Source of the DNA: Candidatus Woesearchaeota archaeon
Lineage (GTDB): Archaea; Nanobdellota; Nanobdellia; Woesearchaeales; JAGVZT01
DNA: 64,000 nt
Direction: 5' to 3'
Assembly: GCA_018263355.1 (NCBI GenBank)
Contig: JAANXH010000043.1
Span: forward strand, 443 to 64,442
Positions 1 through 9,456 of the stretch are shown here, piece by piece. Made by a program: the position numbers and the translations under genes. Numbering within the stretch: the first letter of the stretch is position 1; every line of letters starts with the position of its first letter. Under the pieces are notes generated by a model. It was not told the origin of the DNA. It made no database searches and saw only the letters and a list, made by a program, of their open reading frames with translations.

Positions 1-590
1 TGGTGTTGCCATTTTTTACGTAATGTATAATAAATTAATGAAAGAGGAATAAAGGCAAATGAATCAATTGCACTTTTCAAATCATTCAAATATCTAATAA
101 GATCATCATCTGCATTTAGGGTTATCATCAGTGCCATAAAGTAAAGCAGTGCTTTTATCCAATGGTTATTTACTTTTTTCCACGCTACAAAACAAAGTAG
201 TGCAACTACTCCAAATACCAATAATAAATAAATCCAAATCAACCAATTACCTATTAATTTAAACATAAAACTTCTCTGAAAGTTAATTAAGATTACAACC
301 ATGGTAGCCAAAATTACGGCTATTACTGTTCTTTGCCTTTGATTGGCCTGGTCAAAACCAATGCCAAGTCCAACAAAAAATATTGTAACTAATAACACCC
401 AGATTAAAAATAAAAGAAAACCAAAAGCTCCTTTTGGAGTCCTAAACATAGGCAGAGTAAATATTTTTCCTATGAATTGAAATACATCTTCTAAAAGATC
501 AATTACCTCTTGAAATTGATTTTGGGCATATACTACTGAAGAACATAATACTAGTACAAACAGTACAACTAATACAAATCTCTTTTTCAT
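1..590 (-). CDS. Multi-pass membrane protein, hypothetical (runs off window edge)
   Basis: Not in ORF track. Manual translation from ATG at 590 (MKKRFVLVVLFVLVLCSSVVYAQ...) stays open to base 1 and has several hydrophobic segments. Confidence 0.7.
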   Translation of the reverse strand, partial: MKKRFVLVVLFVLVLCSSVVYAQNQFQEVIDLLEDVFQFIGKIFTLPMFRTPKGAFGFLLFLIWVLLVTIFFVGLGIGFDQANQRQRTVIAVILATMVVILINFQRSFMFKLIGNWLIWIYLLLVFGVVALLCFVAWKKVNNHWIKALLYFMALMITLNADDDLIRYLNDLKSAIDSFAFIPLSLIYYTLRKKWQH

Positions 591-718
591 CTATGTTTAA
601 TTTTATTTGTTATATATATAAAATTTTCTGTTTATTGACTAGATTGTGTCCAAAGATCAAAGGATTTGTTACTGTAAAGGAAAAAATATTTATATGCTTT
701 ATTAATACAATATGTGTA

Positions 719-1309
719 ATGAAAAAACTACAAACAATTATGGAGGATATCCAGAAATCAGGCACAGAAGATACTGAGTCTAATGATAACCTGACATTAT
801 TTAGAAGAATAAAGGAATTCTTTGGATTGGATGCTGAAAGTAATATTGATAGATTCATAGACATGAGATTTATCCATAAAAGATCAATTGAAATTTCTCC
901 TAAGTATTTACAAAGATTACAGCAAGATAGAGGTTATAGAAAGATTGTCAAACAATATTTAATTAGATTTCCTGGCTATGAACATGTTGATGATTGTTTG
1001 CATTATGCAGCTGAAACTTTGGAATGTATTGAAGATTTTGGAGGGATTTATCAAGATGCAGTAAAGATGCTAAAATCTGTTCAGAAGTTTATCTTTTATA
1101 TAAAACCAAGTCCCTATAGGGCTTATAAAGCACTTTTTTCAGATATTGCAAAAAGATGCAATTCAAGAAATGACTATTTTGGATTTATTAATTATGCAAA
1201 TATTATGTATAAAAAAAAGCGCAAGAAACTTAATTATCGTGATTATCATCTTCTCTCATTGAGGTCTTTTAATTTATTTGAAGATTTTGATAAATATGAA
1301 TATGGGTAG
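719..1309 (+). CDS. Hypothetical protein, paralog of 2743..3351
   Basis: Track ORF 593..1309. Start moved to ATG 719 (MKKLQTIME), about 30 nt after a TTTATAT box at 689 and clear of the divergent gene. Shares the DMRF..KRSIEISPKYLQRL block with 2743. Confidence 0.7.
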   Translation: MKKLQTIMEDIQKSGTEDTESNDNLTLFRRIKEFFGLDAESNIDRFIDMRFIHKRSIEISPKYLQRLQQDRGYRKIVKQYLIRFPGYEHVDDCLHYAAETLECIEDFGGIYQDAVKMLKSVQKFIFYIKPSPYRAYKALFSDIAKRCNSRNDYFGFINYANIMYKKKRKKLNYRDYHLLSLRSFNLFEDFDKYEYG

Positions 1310-1403
1310 TAATCTTCACTACAACATAACCTTTTATGGAAAATCCCCACATAGATATGTAGAAGATTCAAAGAGGACAGAATTATTCTGTTTTTGTTGA
1401 ATT

Positions 1404-1814
1404 GTAAAGAAAATCTGCTGTTCAGAGCTAATCTCACTCCCCTTTGGTCCGTTCCTGAGTTGCTCTGGCAACCATACTCACTTCATTACATTTCGTTCCA
1501 GGGTTGCTCTGGCAACTTATCTCCCACCTAAATGTCGGAAAACAAAGTTTTCTGATCATCATCAGAAATTTAAAATTTCTGAGAGGTGGGAGCTTTTACG
1601 CTCTTCACTTTGATAAGCAGATATACTCACTAACGTTCCAGACATTTAGCTGTGCTAAATGTAAGTTCACTTCGTTCGTTACCTTTAGCAAGCTAAAGGT
1701 TTTCAGACTCCAGAAGCGAGGCTTATGGATGCCGAACAAAACACGAATGTGTGGAGTGACTGCATCATAATGCTACGGGCTAAAGCCCGGGGATTTAGAC
1801 CCATCGCATTCTGA
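1404..1814 (-). mobile_element. Non-autonomous palindromic element copy A (411 bp), IS200/IS605-like ends
   Basis: Shares terminal and core blocks with 8180-8317 and, inverted, with 31281-31802. Subterminal hairpin CGGGCTAAAGCCCG; GTAAAGA at both junctions; no transposase ORF. Confidence 0.7.
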
Positions 1815-1870
1815 GTAAAGATTATTTTATAAAATGTGGGTCATGGAATAAATATTGCAGGTGAGTAAAA

Positions 1871-2197
1871 ATGAAAAAACTACAAACAATTATGGAGCAG
1901 ATCTCAGGTAATTCTGTTAGATTTGATAAAATTTTACAAGATATAGTTAAGTTTGGACAATCTTTTGACAATCCTGTGATCTGGTACAGAGGTCATGGAA
2001 TAAATATTGCTAGTGAGGAAAATGGTTATTTCAACTCAGGAGGTGTTGGATTTGAAGGGTTGGCACCTTTAGTTGCTGCTCATGGCAAAAAGCACGATAA
2101 TGCAATTCAAACTGAAATTTGCAAAGTCAAGGAAGAATCTAATCTATTAATAGAATTTAGAGAAGAATGGGCAAGAGGCAACTCAGGAAGAGATTGA
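1871..2197 (+). CDS. Hypothetical protein
   Basis: GGTGA RBS at 1860; first 27 nt identical to the start of the gene at 719. Confidence 0.65.
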   Translation: MKKLQTIMEQISGNSVRFDKILQDIVKFGQSFDNPVIWYRGHGINIASEENGYFNSGGVGFEGLAPLVAAHGKKHDNAIQTEICKVKEESNLLIEFREEWARGNSGRD

Positions 2198-2198
2198 T

Positions 2199-2636
2199 TT
2201 GAGATATCATGAATTACTGCTCTCAAAAGTCAGAAATACACTATCCTACAATCCAAATCAAGAAGATTATGGATTTCCAATTTCTTTTCAATCACGGCTT
2301 GAAAAAAATTATTCACGTTTTGATCATGATGAAAAAAATAAACCCAAGCAATCTGCAACAATCACTTTAGGTGTAAGTTCAAGTAATAGGCAAGAGCAAA
2401 AAATTCTTATTAGAAAGGTTCTGCAATATCTTAACAAAGTCCACAAGATTCCACAAGAAAATATGAGTAAACCAGAATTATATAGAATAGAACCAGAGAT
2501 TACATTAACATTATACAACACAAAAGATATGGCCCTTGAAGAGAGAATTGCTGCATTTGATGAAAAGATTGAATTTATTAAATCTTGTTTGGATAAAGGA
2601 GGCCAATTCTGTTTAACTAAATATTATGGCAAGTAA
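2199..2636 (+). CDS. Hypothetical protein
   Basis: 145 aa ORF abutting the previous gene; TTG start. Confidence 0.6.
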   Translation: MRYHELLLSKVRNTLSYNPNQEDYGFPISFQSRLEKNYSRFDHDEKNKPKQSATITLGVSSSNRQEQKILIRKVLQYLNKVHKIPQENMSKPELYRIEPEITLTLYNTKDMALEERIAAFDEKIEFIKSCLDKGGQFCLTKYYGK

Positions 2637-2742
2637 ATAATTTTTCTTTTTCTGAAAATCTTTCGAACTTTCCAGAAACTTTCCGGAAAAACCACCAAAA
2701 TGTCTTTTAAACCAAAAAAAAGAGTTATATTTGGTGAGCGGG

Positions 2743-3351
2743 ATGACAGTTGCACTTGAAAGTATTATGGGAGACATTGCAGATTATAAAACAAGTTCAA
2801 ATAGATTAGAACAAAAAATACTGAGTATAGAAAATATTATTGATTCTATTGATAGATCCATAGATATGAGATTTATCAATAAAAGATCAATTGAAATTTC
2901 TCCTAAGTATTTACAAAGATTAAAGCAAGATAGAGGATATAGAAAACTAGTAAAGAAATTTATGAAATACTGCCCAGGTTATGAACATATGGATGGCTGC
3001 TTGGAATATTCAGCAAAAACACTAGAACTCATTGCAGAGTTTAATGGTAAGTCAGAAGATGCTGTAAGTCTGTTAGATACGCTTCGCAGTTTTAGTTTTG
3101 AGGAACAGTTAGTACCATTTAAAGTATTTCATATCTTTGAAGAGCTAAGTGAGACCTGTGGATCAAGAAATGACTTCAATGGTGGGATAAATTACTTTAA
3201 AGAAGTATATTCAAGAAGTGATAAAAAGGAGGGACACCATATTCTCCCTGGTTACTCAAACCTCCCACTAGATCACGAGAATATTTTCCATAGTTATAGT
3301 AGATACAAAAAAGGTGAAAAATGGTTGGGTTACAAACTGGGTTACATATAA
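2743..3351 (+). CDS. Hypothetical protein, paralog of 719..1309
   Basis: Track ORF 2731..3351; ATG 2743 follows a GGTGA RBS; shared core with 719..1309. Confidence 0.7.
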   Translation: MTVALESIMGDIADYKTSSNRLEQKILSIENIIDSIDRSIDMRFINKRSIEISPKYLQRLKQDRGYRKLVKKFMKYCPGYEHMDGCLEYSAKTLELIAEFNGKSEDAVSLLDTLRSFSFEEQLVPFKVFHIFEELSETCGSRNDFNGGINYFKEVYSRSDKKEGHHILPGYSNLPLDHENIFHSYSRYKKGEKWLGYKLGYI

Positions 3352-3493
3352 TGTGTAATCTTCACTACAACATAACCTTATATAGAAAATCATCTAAATA
3401 AACAGTAAGAAATTCAAAATAAGCAGAAGTATTCTGCTTTAAGGGGATGATTTAGATCTTTATAATTAGCGATAGCTTTAGAGGTGGAAAAAA

Positions 3494-3907
3494 GTGGATA
3501 AAAAAATGAAAATATTAGGAAATTTAAGAAATGATGCAAGACAAAGTCTTGTAAGTATTTCAAAAAAAACAGATATTCCAGTAAGCACAATTTATGAGAA
3601 AATAAAAAAACAAGAAGACTCTACAATTAAAAGGTACACTTCTTTGCTTGATTTTCCTGCTTTGGGTTTTAACATAAGAGCAATGGTTTTAGTCAAAGGT
3701 GATTTAGAAGAATATCTAACAAATCACGAAAATGTAAATTCTGTTTTTCAGTTGAGTGAAGAGTTTGATTTCATAGCAGATTGTATTTTCAAACATATGT
3801 CAGACTATACTGAATTTATTCAGAAACTGGAAAACAAAAAGGTGTTTTTTGTAACAAACGAACTGAAAAGAGAGGAATTTCTTAGTATAAGGAGGGAGAA
3901 AAAATGA
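3494..3907 (+). CDS. Lrp/AsnC family transcriptional regulator
   Basis: N-terminal HTH (LRNDARQSLVSISKKTDIPVSTIYEKIKK), LDFPALGF linker and C-terminal RAM-like domain. Confidence 0.85.
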   Translation: MDKKMKILGNLRNDARQSLVSISKKTDIPVSTIYEKIKKQEDSTIKRYTSLLDFPALGFNIRAMVLVKGDLEEYLTNHENVNSVFQLSEEFDFIADCIFKHMSDYTEFIQKLENKKVFFVTNELKREEFLSIRREKK

Positions 3908-4431
3908 AAAAATTAAATGCAAGACAGAAATTGGTTGCACAACTTGCAGGTGCAGTTATTGTTGGTGGCGTGATAGTTGGAGGAGTAAATTATGCAATAA
4001 ATAACTCAGATAATGCACTAGCAAAACCTGCTATGGCATTGGAGACCAAACTAATTGGGGTTGAGCCTGGGAATTATGTTGATGTAGCAACAGCATATAT
4101 TGCTCAAAACCCACAAGATATGGAGCAGTATGCAGAAAATCTTACAACTTTTTTGTATGCAGCTAATGAAGCTGATCTTCTGACTGAAGATGCGAAAACA
4201 TATTTTTTTACTGATGCTGCACAAGATATTCCAGCAGATTTAGCAGGAAGAGTTTGCAGTGAAAATGTTCTGCCAAGAATAAGTGAAGAACAACAATTAG
4301 AATATGTAATGGCAGGGATGATGGAATTAGACAGCAAAGAGTATGGTCCATTGCTAAAACAAATGGGTATTAGTCTAAAAGACGATGTCTTAGAGGATAT
4401 CAAAGGGTGGTGGGAATCTTATGGGAATTAG
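3904..4431 (+). CDS. Membrane-anchored hypothetical protein
   Basis: N-terminal hydrophobic helix (LAGAVIVGGVIVGGV); ATGA overlap with the Lrp gene. Confidence 0.7.
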   Translation: MKKLNARQKLVAQLAGAVIVGGVIVGGVNYAINNSDNALAKPAMALETKLIGVEPGNYVDVATAYIAQNPQDMEQYAENLTTFLYAANEADLLTEDAKTYFFTDAAQDIPADLAGRVCSENVLPRISEEQQLEYVMAGMMELDSKEYGPLLKQMGISLKDDVLEDIKGWWESYGN

Positions 4432-4630
4432 GAAAAGATTGTTGACATATGCAGTTGTTCTTGCAATTGGTTACAATATAGGTAGCTGCATTACAAAAGC
4501 TGAATATAATCAGCATACTCAAAGTGCAGAAACTACATACATAACAACTGATGTTGAAAATATTCAGTCTTTAGACAATCTGACAAAATTACCACAAGCA
4601 GAGAGGAGAATAGAGGATCTTATTCCATGA
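4421..4630 (+). CDS. Small membrane protein
   Basis: 69 aa, N-terminal TM helix, translationally coupled on both sides. Confidence 0.6.
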   Translation: MGIRKRLLTYAVVLAIGYNIGSCITKAEYNQHTQSAETTYITTDVENIQSLDNLTKLPQAERRIEDLIP

Positions 4631-5127
4631 ACACAACCAAGAAAGGAGCAATGCTTGAAATTTATGTTAAGCAATTGTTCAAAGACTTGTGTAAGCTAAA
4701 GGTTAGGAGAAATGTGCAGTATAGATGCAAGGGAGTTTTGACTAACAAAAACAAAAGAGCTCAGATTGATGTTGAATTTTGGGATCTTAAGGGTAAAACC
4801 ATTGTGGAATGTAAGTATTATGGTTCAAGTAAGGTTTCAGTAACTGATGTTGATGAGTTTTACCAGAGGTCAAAACTTGTCAGACATACTAGAAAAATAA
4901 TGGTTACTAACACATGTTATACACAAGGAGCAGTGAACACAGCAAAAGAACATGGAATAAGACTGATTGATGCAGACCAATTAAAGAAAATGGATTATGA
5001 ACGATTAAGTTTAGTAGGAATGATAAAAGACAGACTTGGCAAAAGAAAAAGTCTTGATGAACAGATAAAGGATGCTGACCTAAGGAATTATGGAGAATAC
5101 TACTCAGCAAAACAATATTTAGTGTGA
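4627..5127 (+). CDS. Mrr-like (PD-(D/E)xK) restriction endonuclease domain protein
   Basis: QIDV...IVECKYY catalytic motif; downstream V...DV..F, IMVTN, YT..A..A..GI.LID pattern typical of Mrr_cat. Confidence 0.75.
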   Translation: MNTTKKGAMLEIYVKQLFKDLCKLKVRRNVQYRCKGVLTNKNKRAQIDVEFWDLKGKTIVECKYYGSSKVSVTDVDEFYQRSKLVRHTRKIMVTNTCYTQGAVNTAKEHGIRLIDADQLKKMDYERLSLVGMIKDRLGKRKSLDEQIKDADLRNYGEYYSAKQYLV

Positions 5128-6170
5128 GGAGGATGAAAATGCAAGAAGAATTAGTTCAAGAAACAATGGTTCATGGAACAGATTTTGATTTAGATAGATT
5201 TGAACAAGCTAATAGTGAAGTTGAACGTCATGTTATGCATGGCGCATCTGAAAGCTCAACAATAAGAGCTGAGGTTGATGAATTAAATCAAGAAACAATA
5301 CAAACTGCAGCTGAGCAAAGAACAGAGAGTCCAATAGTTCAATGGTTTTTGAAAACATATTGGACTCTAACAAATACTGATGCTGTCCAGCTAACAAAAA
5401 AACTATCTAAGGACATAGAGGGAGTTTTAAAGCAGAGCAAAAAAGACCTAAGTTCAATTGTTACTGACATAAACAGAAGCAGAAGGGAGGAGGAAAAGCA
5501 TTTGGAAGATCTTGGAGATCTTGCACAAACTCATAGAACTTTTAAGTATGCAAAACAAGGGTATAGGCAACAGATAGATGAAATTGATTCTTTAGTTGCA
5601 GCCAGATCTAATGGTGGAAATACTCAATCCCTTGAATTAAAAACCTTACCTGAGAAATTCTATGAATTTAGTTTAAGGGAGCTTAAAAGGACAAGAGGAG
5701 AAATTGAAACAAAAATGATGACAACAGACATTGAACTGCAATCTATATATAGTGATATCAGAATTATTGGGGGACAAATCAAAGCAGCTGAAAAGACTAC
5801 TTTGAGACATATTTCACAGTATAATCAAGCATTGTCAAATAGAAATAGGACATTAGAGCATCATATAAAAGTGTATGAGCCTCAATATGTTAAATTAATA
5901 GAAAGACAAGCAAAAATTGCTGAAACAGAAGAACAATCTGAGATTGTAATTAACCAATACCTAAAGGTTTGCGAGTCTTTAGTAAAAGGAGTGGATGAGA
6001 GAAGACACTTATTGTTGTCCTCCTACCAGGCACAATTTGATGATACAAGAGATGCAGAAAGAGCAAGAAAAAGTATTGACAAAGCATTTGATACTCAGAT
6101 TGAAAATGGGAGAATTGGTGGAGAAAAACTACAAAGTGATGCTGAAGCTGTCATGAATCAATATTTGTAG
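5124..6170 (+). CDS. Coiled-coil hypothetical protein
   Basis: 348 aa, E/K/Q-rich helical composition; likely start ATG about 5133 after GGAGG. Confidence 0.7.
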   Translation: MRRMKMQEELVQETMVHGTDFDLDRFEQANSEVERHVMHGASESSTIRAEVDELNQETIQTAAEQRTESPIVQWFLKTYWTLTNTDAVQLTKKLSKDIEGVLKQSKKDLSSIVTDINRSRREEEKHLEDLGDLAQTHRTFKYAKQGYRQQIDEIDSLVAARSNGGNTQSLELKTLPEKFYEFSLRELKRTRGEIETKMMTTDIELQSIYSDIRIIGGQIKAAEKTTLRHISQYNQALSNRNRTLEHHIKVYEPQYVKLIERQAKIAETEEQSEIVINQYLKVCESLVKGVDERRHLLLSSYQAQFDDTRDAERARKSIDKAFDTQIENGRIGGEKLQSDAEAVMNQYL

Positions 6171-6202
6171 TTTTTTATTTTTTTATTTTTTTTGGAGGAA
6201 AA

Positions 6203-7621
6203 ATGATAAAACTAGAATTAACTCAAGAGCAAATTGAAAAAAGATCATTTGATTTGGAAAGCAGGATTAATGGGTTTTCTTTTAAAATAAAAGATAAGTT
6301 AATTTCAGCTGGAAAAAAGCTAGAGGACTCAAGTTCTGAAAGCGCAGTCTCAGCTATTTATTCTGGTTTCTCCATATTGGATTTGATTTGGCATTCAGTT
6401 GTAAAAACCCATAGAAAAGAAAGTATTGTTGGCATATTAACTGCTGCATATATCGGGGCTGATTATGGTCTGTACAATCTTACTGCCAAAAAAACAGGTC
6501 GAATTAAATCAATGTCAAGAAATGTTTTTTCTGGTAAACAAATTGATTTTAATCAAACTTATCCTTATCCACTAGATGATTTACTTGATATATATTCCAA
6601 TGGAGTTGACGAGTACAAAAATGCTGGGCTGTCAAATATCACAGAACAATTCTTTAACTGGGTTAAAAATAGAGTTATTGTAGAGAGTAGCAAGTATCCT
6701 GAAATAAAAGAGCAACTACAAGATGTTAGAGGTAATATTGACCAGATTTATTCTTTTAGAGGTATTTCTTCAAAAGTAAAAAGGAGTGTTGATAAGTCAA
6801 ACAAACTTATCTGGAATAAATTTGGAGGATATCATAATGTGGTTGATTACCTTAAAACACAGGCAAAATTTATTCAAAATTTTGATTATTTGATCTCTTT
6901 GGATGTTTTAGATCATGGAGATCTTTTACCCAAAGCTACTATTTTACATGGTCCTCCAGGTACTGGAAAAACAACCTTATTAAGGATATTTTGCAATGAA
7001 GCAGGTCTTCCATATGAGATGTTTAGCTGCAGTGAAATAGGAAGCCAGTATGTTTTTGGAAGCTCAATAAATATTCAAAATTATTTTGATGAAGCTGCTA
7101 GTTATATTAAAAGAAAAGAAAGTAAATTTGCATTAGTTGTTATTGATGAACTTGATGCACTTGGAAGAAAACGTGCCTATAAATCAAATGGAAGCAATGA
7201 AGACAATAAACTTGTAACAACAATATGTGAGAATTTAGATGGTCATCTTGCAGTAGATGGAGTTTTAGTGTATGGATTAACAAATATGGGAGATGTGCTT
7301 GATCCTGCCTTAACTCGACCTGGAAGGTTTGAAACATGGCTTGAGATGGGTTTTCCAAATAGAAAAGAGCTTAATGAGATATTCAGTATATATCTTGCGG
7401 GTAGGGGAGTTGGAAAAGTTGATGTTGAACATATAATCAACAAATATGTGGATTTAAAGTGGACTGGAGCTCTTGTTGAGAAAGTTGTAATTGATGCAAA
7501 AAGAGCAAAACTAGATAATCATCTGGATGGACAAGAACAATATTTGATTAATACTGATGATGTTTGCAAGCAGATTGAATTATATCAAAGAAGAGATCTT
7601 AATAAAAAATGGCTGGAATAA
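6203..7621 (+). CDS. AAA+ ATPase (classical CDC48/FtsH/Vps4-type single module) with unknown N-terminal domain
   Basis: Walker A GPPGTGKT, Walker B VVIDELD, SRH TN...LDPALTRPGRF. Confidence 0.85.
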   Translation: MIKLELTQEQIEKRSFDLESRINGFSFKIKDKLISAGKKLEDSSSESAVSAIYSGFSILDLIWHSVVKTHRKESIVGILTAAYIGADYGLYNLTAKKTGRIKSMSRNVFSGKQIDFNQTYPYPLDDLLDIYSNGVDEYKNAGLSNITEQFFNWVKNRVIVESSKYPEIKEQLQDVRGNIDQIYSFRGISSKVKRSVDKSNKLIWNKFGGYHNVVDYLKTQAKFIQNFDYLISLDVLDHGDLLPKATILHGPPGTGKTTLLRIFCNEAGLPYEMFSCSEIGSQYVFGSSINIQNYFDEAASYIKRKESKFALVVIDELDALGRKRAYKSNGSNEDNKLVTTICENLDGHLAVDGVLVYGLTNMGDVLDPALTRPGRFETWLEMGFPNRKELNEIFSIYLAGRGVGKVDVEHIINKYVDLKWTGALVEKVVIDAKRAKLDNHLDGQEQYLINTDDVCKQIELYQRRDLNKKWLE

Positions 7622-9456
7622 AACAAAAGAATTGGTTTGAAGTTCAGAGTATGCTAGCTAATGATGATGACCTTATTAAAAAAGTATGTAGTGGGTTTTC
7701 TTCTTACTCTGAGCAGATAAATAGTATAAAAGATCAACCTCTAAGTAAATCGTCTGTTGACAAGATTGTATATCTCACACAAGAGTTAGACGAGTGTTTT
7801 GCAATTCCAGAAAAGTACAGCTGGGTTTATAACCTGGACGATATTGTATTAGGAGCATCTGAAAAAATAAATAAGATTGGTCAACTAAAAGATGAGTTTT
7901 TCAATTCTTTGGATTATTTTTTTGATGAGTTGTCACAGGGATGGGATTCTGCAAAAAAAAGGGTTGAATCTTGGGAGAGAAAATATGGGATAGAAGATCT
8001 ATTAGATTCAAGAGATAAACTAAATTCATTTGCAGAAACATATGATTTATTATTTACACGATTAGGTCAGGATCATCCTATTCTTAATGCACGAATGATC
8101 AGTCAAATTCAAGATTATGTTCAATTTTTAGATGATTTTTCAAATGTGGATGTAGTTTACTTTGAGTTTAAAAACAAATGTAAAGAAAATCTGCTGTTCA
8201 GAGCTGATCCCCCACATAAAGGTGGGAGCTTTTACGCTCTTCACTTCGACACGCAGATTTTCAGACTCAAAAGTCCTCGCCCTAAAGGGCGGGGCTTTAG
8301 ACCCACGGACATTTTGAGTAAAGAACTTGATTCTAAAACAAAACAAGAGCTAAATGTATTAGGCAGAGAATTGAAAAAAATTAGAAAGACCTATGACAAA
8401 ACTTGTGCAAAACATAGGCCTTTTTTTGACAAGCTTAAGCAAAACTCAATATTTGCATATAAGGAGAGATTTATTGATATGCAAGAGCTTGACAAAAGGA
8501 TTGATTATCTTAAGAAAAATGTACAAAATATAGATATTGCACAACAGGATTTAGATGAATGGATTGATTATTATCAACAAACTCTGGATTATTTATCTGA
8601 AGAAAATGAAATTGAAAAAAGTCACATTGAATGGGTTGCTGACTGCAGTACAACAACTCCAAAGATAGTAGAGGATTGGGAAAATAATATATATGTTGCA
8701 GAAAAGATTGGACAAGTAAGTGCATTAAGAAAAGTTGTACATAATAGAGTAGAACAAGAATTAAATAGAATTAAAACTTATTTGGATTCAAGTTTAGATG
8801 ATTTTTCTGACTTGCCTAGTGATACAATTGATCTTGAAGAAAGACTAGAAGAATTACATCAATTCAAAATAATGTACAAACTTATTGGTGAGCCTACACT
8901 TGAGTGTGAAAAAGTACATGAGAAAATCGAGGCCAAGATCAGACAGTCCAAAATTCCCAAAACAATTGCTCAAACTACAAAAAAACCAAGCTCAGTACAA
9001 CAAGATAATATGCCCTATTGGAAACCAATTATTAGAAATCAGAGTGGATATTTTGATATTGCAACCCATTTATTAACAATTGGTTTTCCATCAGGCACAT
9101 ACATGAATATTATGAATACTATGCTTGGAAAAAACAATCAAGGTAGCTGGGCAGAAAAACTTAGAACAGTAAGCCAAGATCTGGAAGATTTACCTATTGC
9201 AGGTTCTCTTCAAGATTTAGATTATATGTATCATTTAGAATATGCTCTTAGGGAAAGTATGAATAGAGGAAATATGGATCATTTAGTTAGCAGAAATAGT
9301 CAAGGATGGAAATTAGCACATCAAGTTTTAAATCAATTAAATAAATACATTTCCATAAGTGAGGACAACATAGGGTTATCTGCAAAACAAATTGAGCTTA
9401 GAAAGCCTGTAACTGGTCCAGAAAACACATACAACCCCAGTTTGGCACTGTATTAG
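7609..9456 (+). CDS. Helical/coiled-coil hypothetical protein carrying a 46-aa in-frame element insertion
   Basis: 615 aa ORF; codons at 8180-8317 derive from the repeat element. Confidence 0.7.
   Translation: MAGIKQKNWFEVQSMLANDDDLIKKVCSGFSSYSEQINSIKDQPLSKSSVDKIVYLTQELDECFAIPEKYSWVYNLDDIVLGASEKINKIGQLKDEFFNSLDYFFDELSQGWDSAKKRVESWERKYGIEDLLDSRDKLNSFAETYDLLFTRLGQDHPILNARMISQIQDYVQFLDDFSNVDVVYFEFKNKCKENLLFRADPPHKGGSFYALHFDTQIFRLKSPRPKGRGFRPTDILSKELDSKTKQELNVLGRELKKIRKTYDKTCAKHRPFFDKLKQNSIFAYKERFIDMQELDKRIDYLKKNVQNIDIAQQDLDEWIDYYQQTLDYLSEENEIEKSHIEWVADCSTTTPKIVEDWENNIYVAEKIGQVSALRKVVHNRVEQELNRIKTYLDSSLDDFSDLPSDTIDLEERLEELHQFKIMYKLIGEPTLECEKVHEKIEAKIRQSKIPKTIAQTTKKPSSVQQDNMPYWKPIIRNQSGYFDIATHLLTIGFPSGTYMNIMNTMLGKNNQGSWAEKLRTVSQDLEDLPIAGSLQDLDYMYHLEYALRESMNRGNMDHLVSRNSQGWKLAHQVLNQLNKYISISEDNIGLSAKQIELRKPVTGPENTYNPSLALY
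8180..8317 (-). mobile_element. Minimal element copy C (138 bp), in frame within a CDS
   Basis: Same core as copies A and B; hairpin CTCGCCCTAAAGGGCGGG; GTAAAGA at 8180 and 8318; removal restores ...NKCKELDSK.... Confidence 0.75.

Noticed and set aside
593-718. N-terminal 42 aa of track ORF 593..1309
   Set aside because: It overlaps the divergent promoter region; TATA spacing and the shared leader point to ATG 719.
1504-1770. ORFs 1504..1770 and 31448..31651 with identical MLWQL... starts; FSCAKCKF looks like a TnpB zinc finger
   Set aside because: Both lie inside the palindromic element. The Cys motif comes from a copy-specific hairpin (TTTAGCTGTGCTAAA), and no RuvC or HUH motifs are present.
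2655-2700. ACTTTCC/TTCCGGAA short repeats (similar patches at about 22700 and 45560)
   Set aside because: Short, imperfect and AT-biased; may be operators but not distinguishable from chance by eye.
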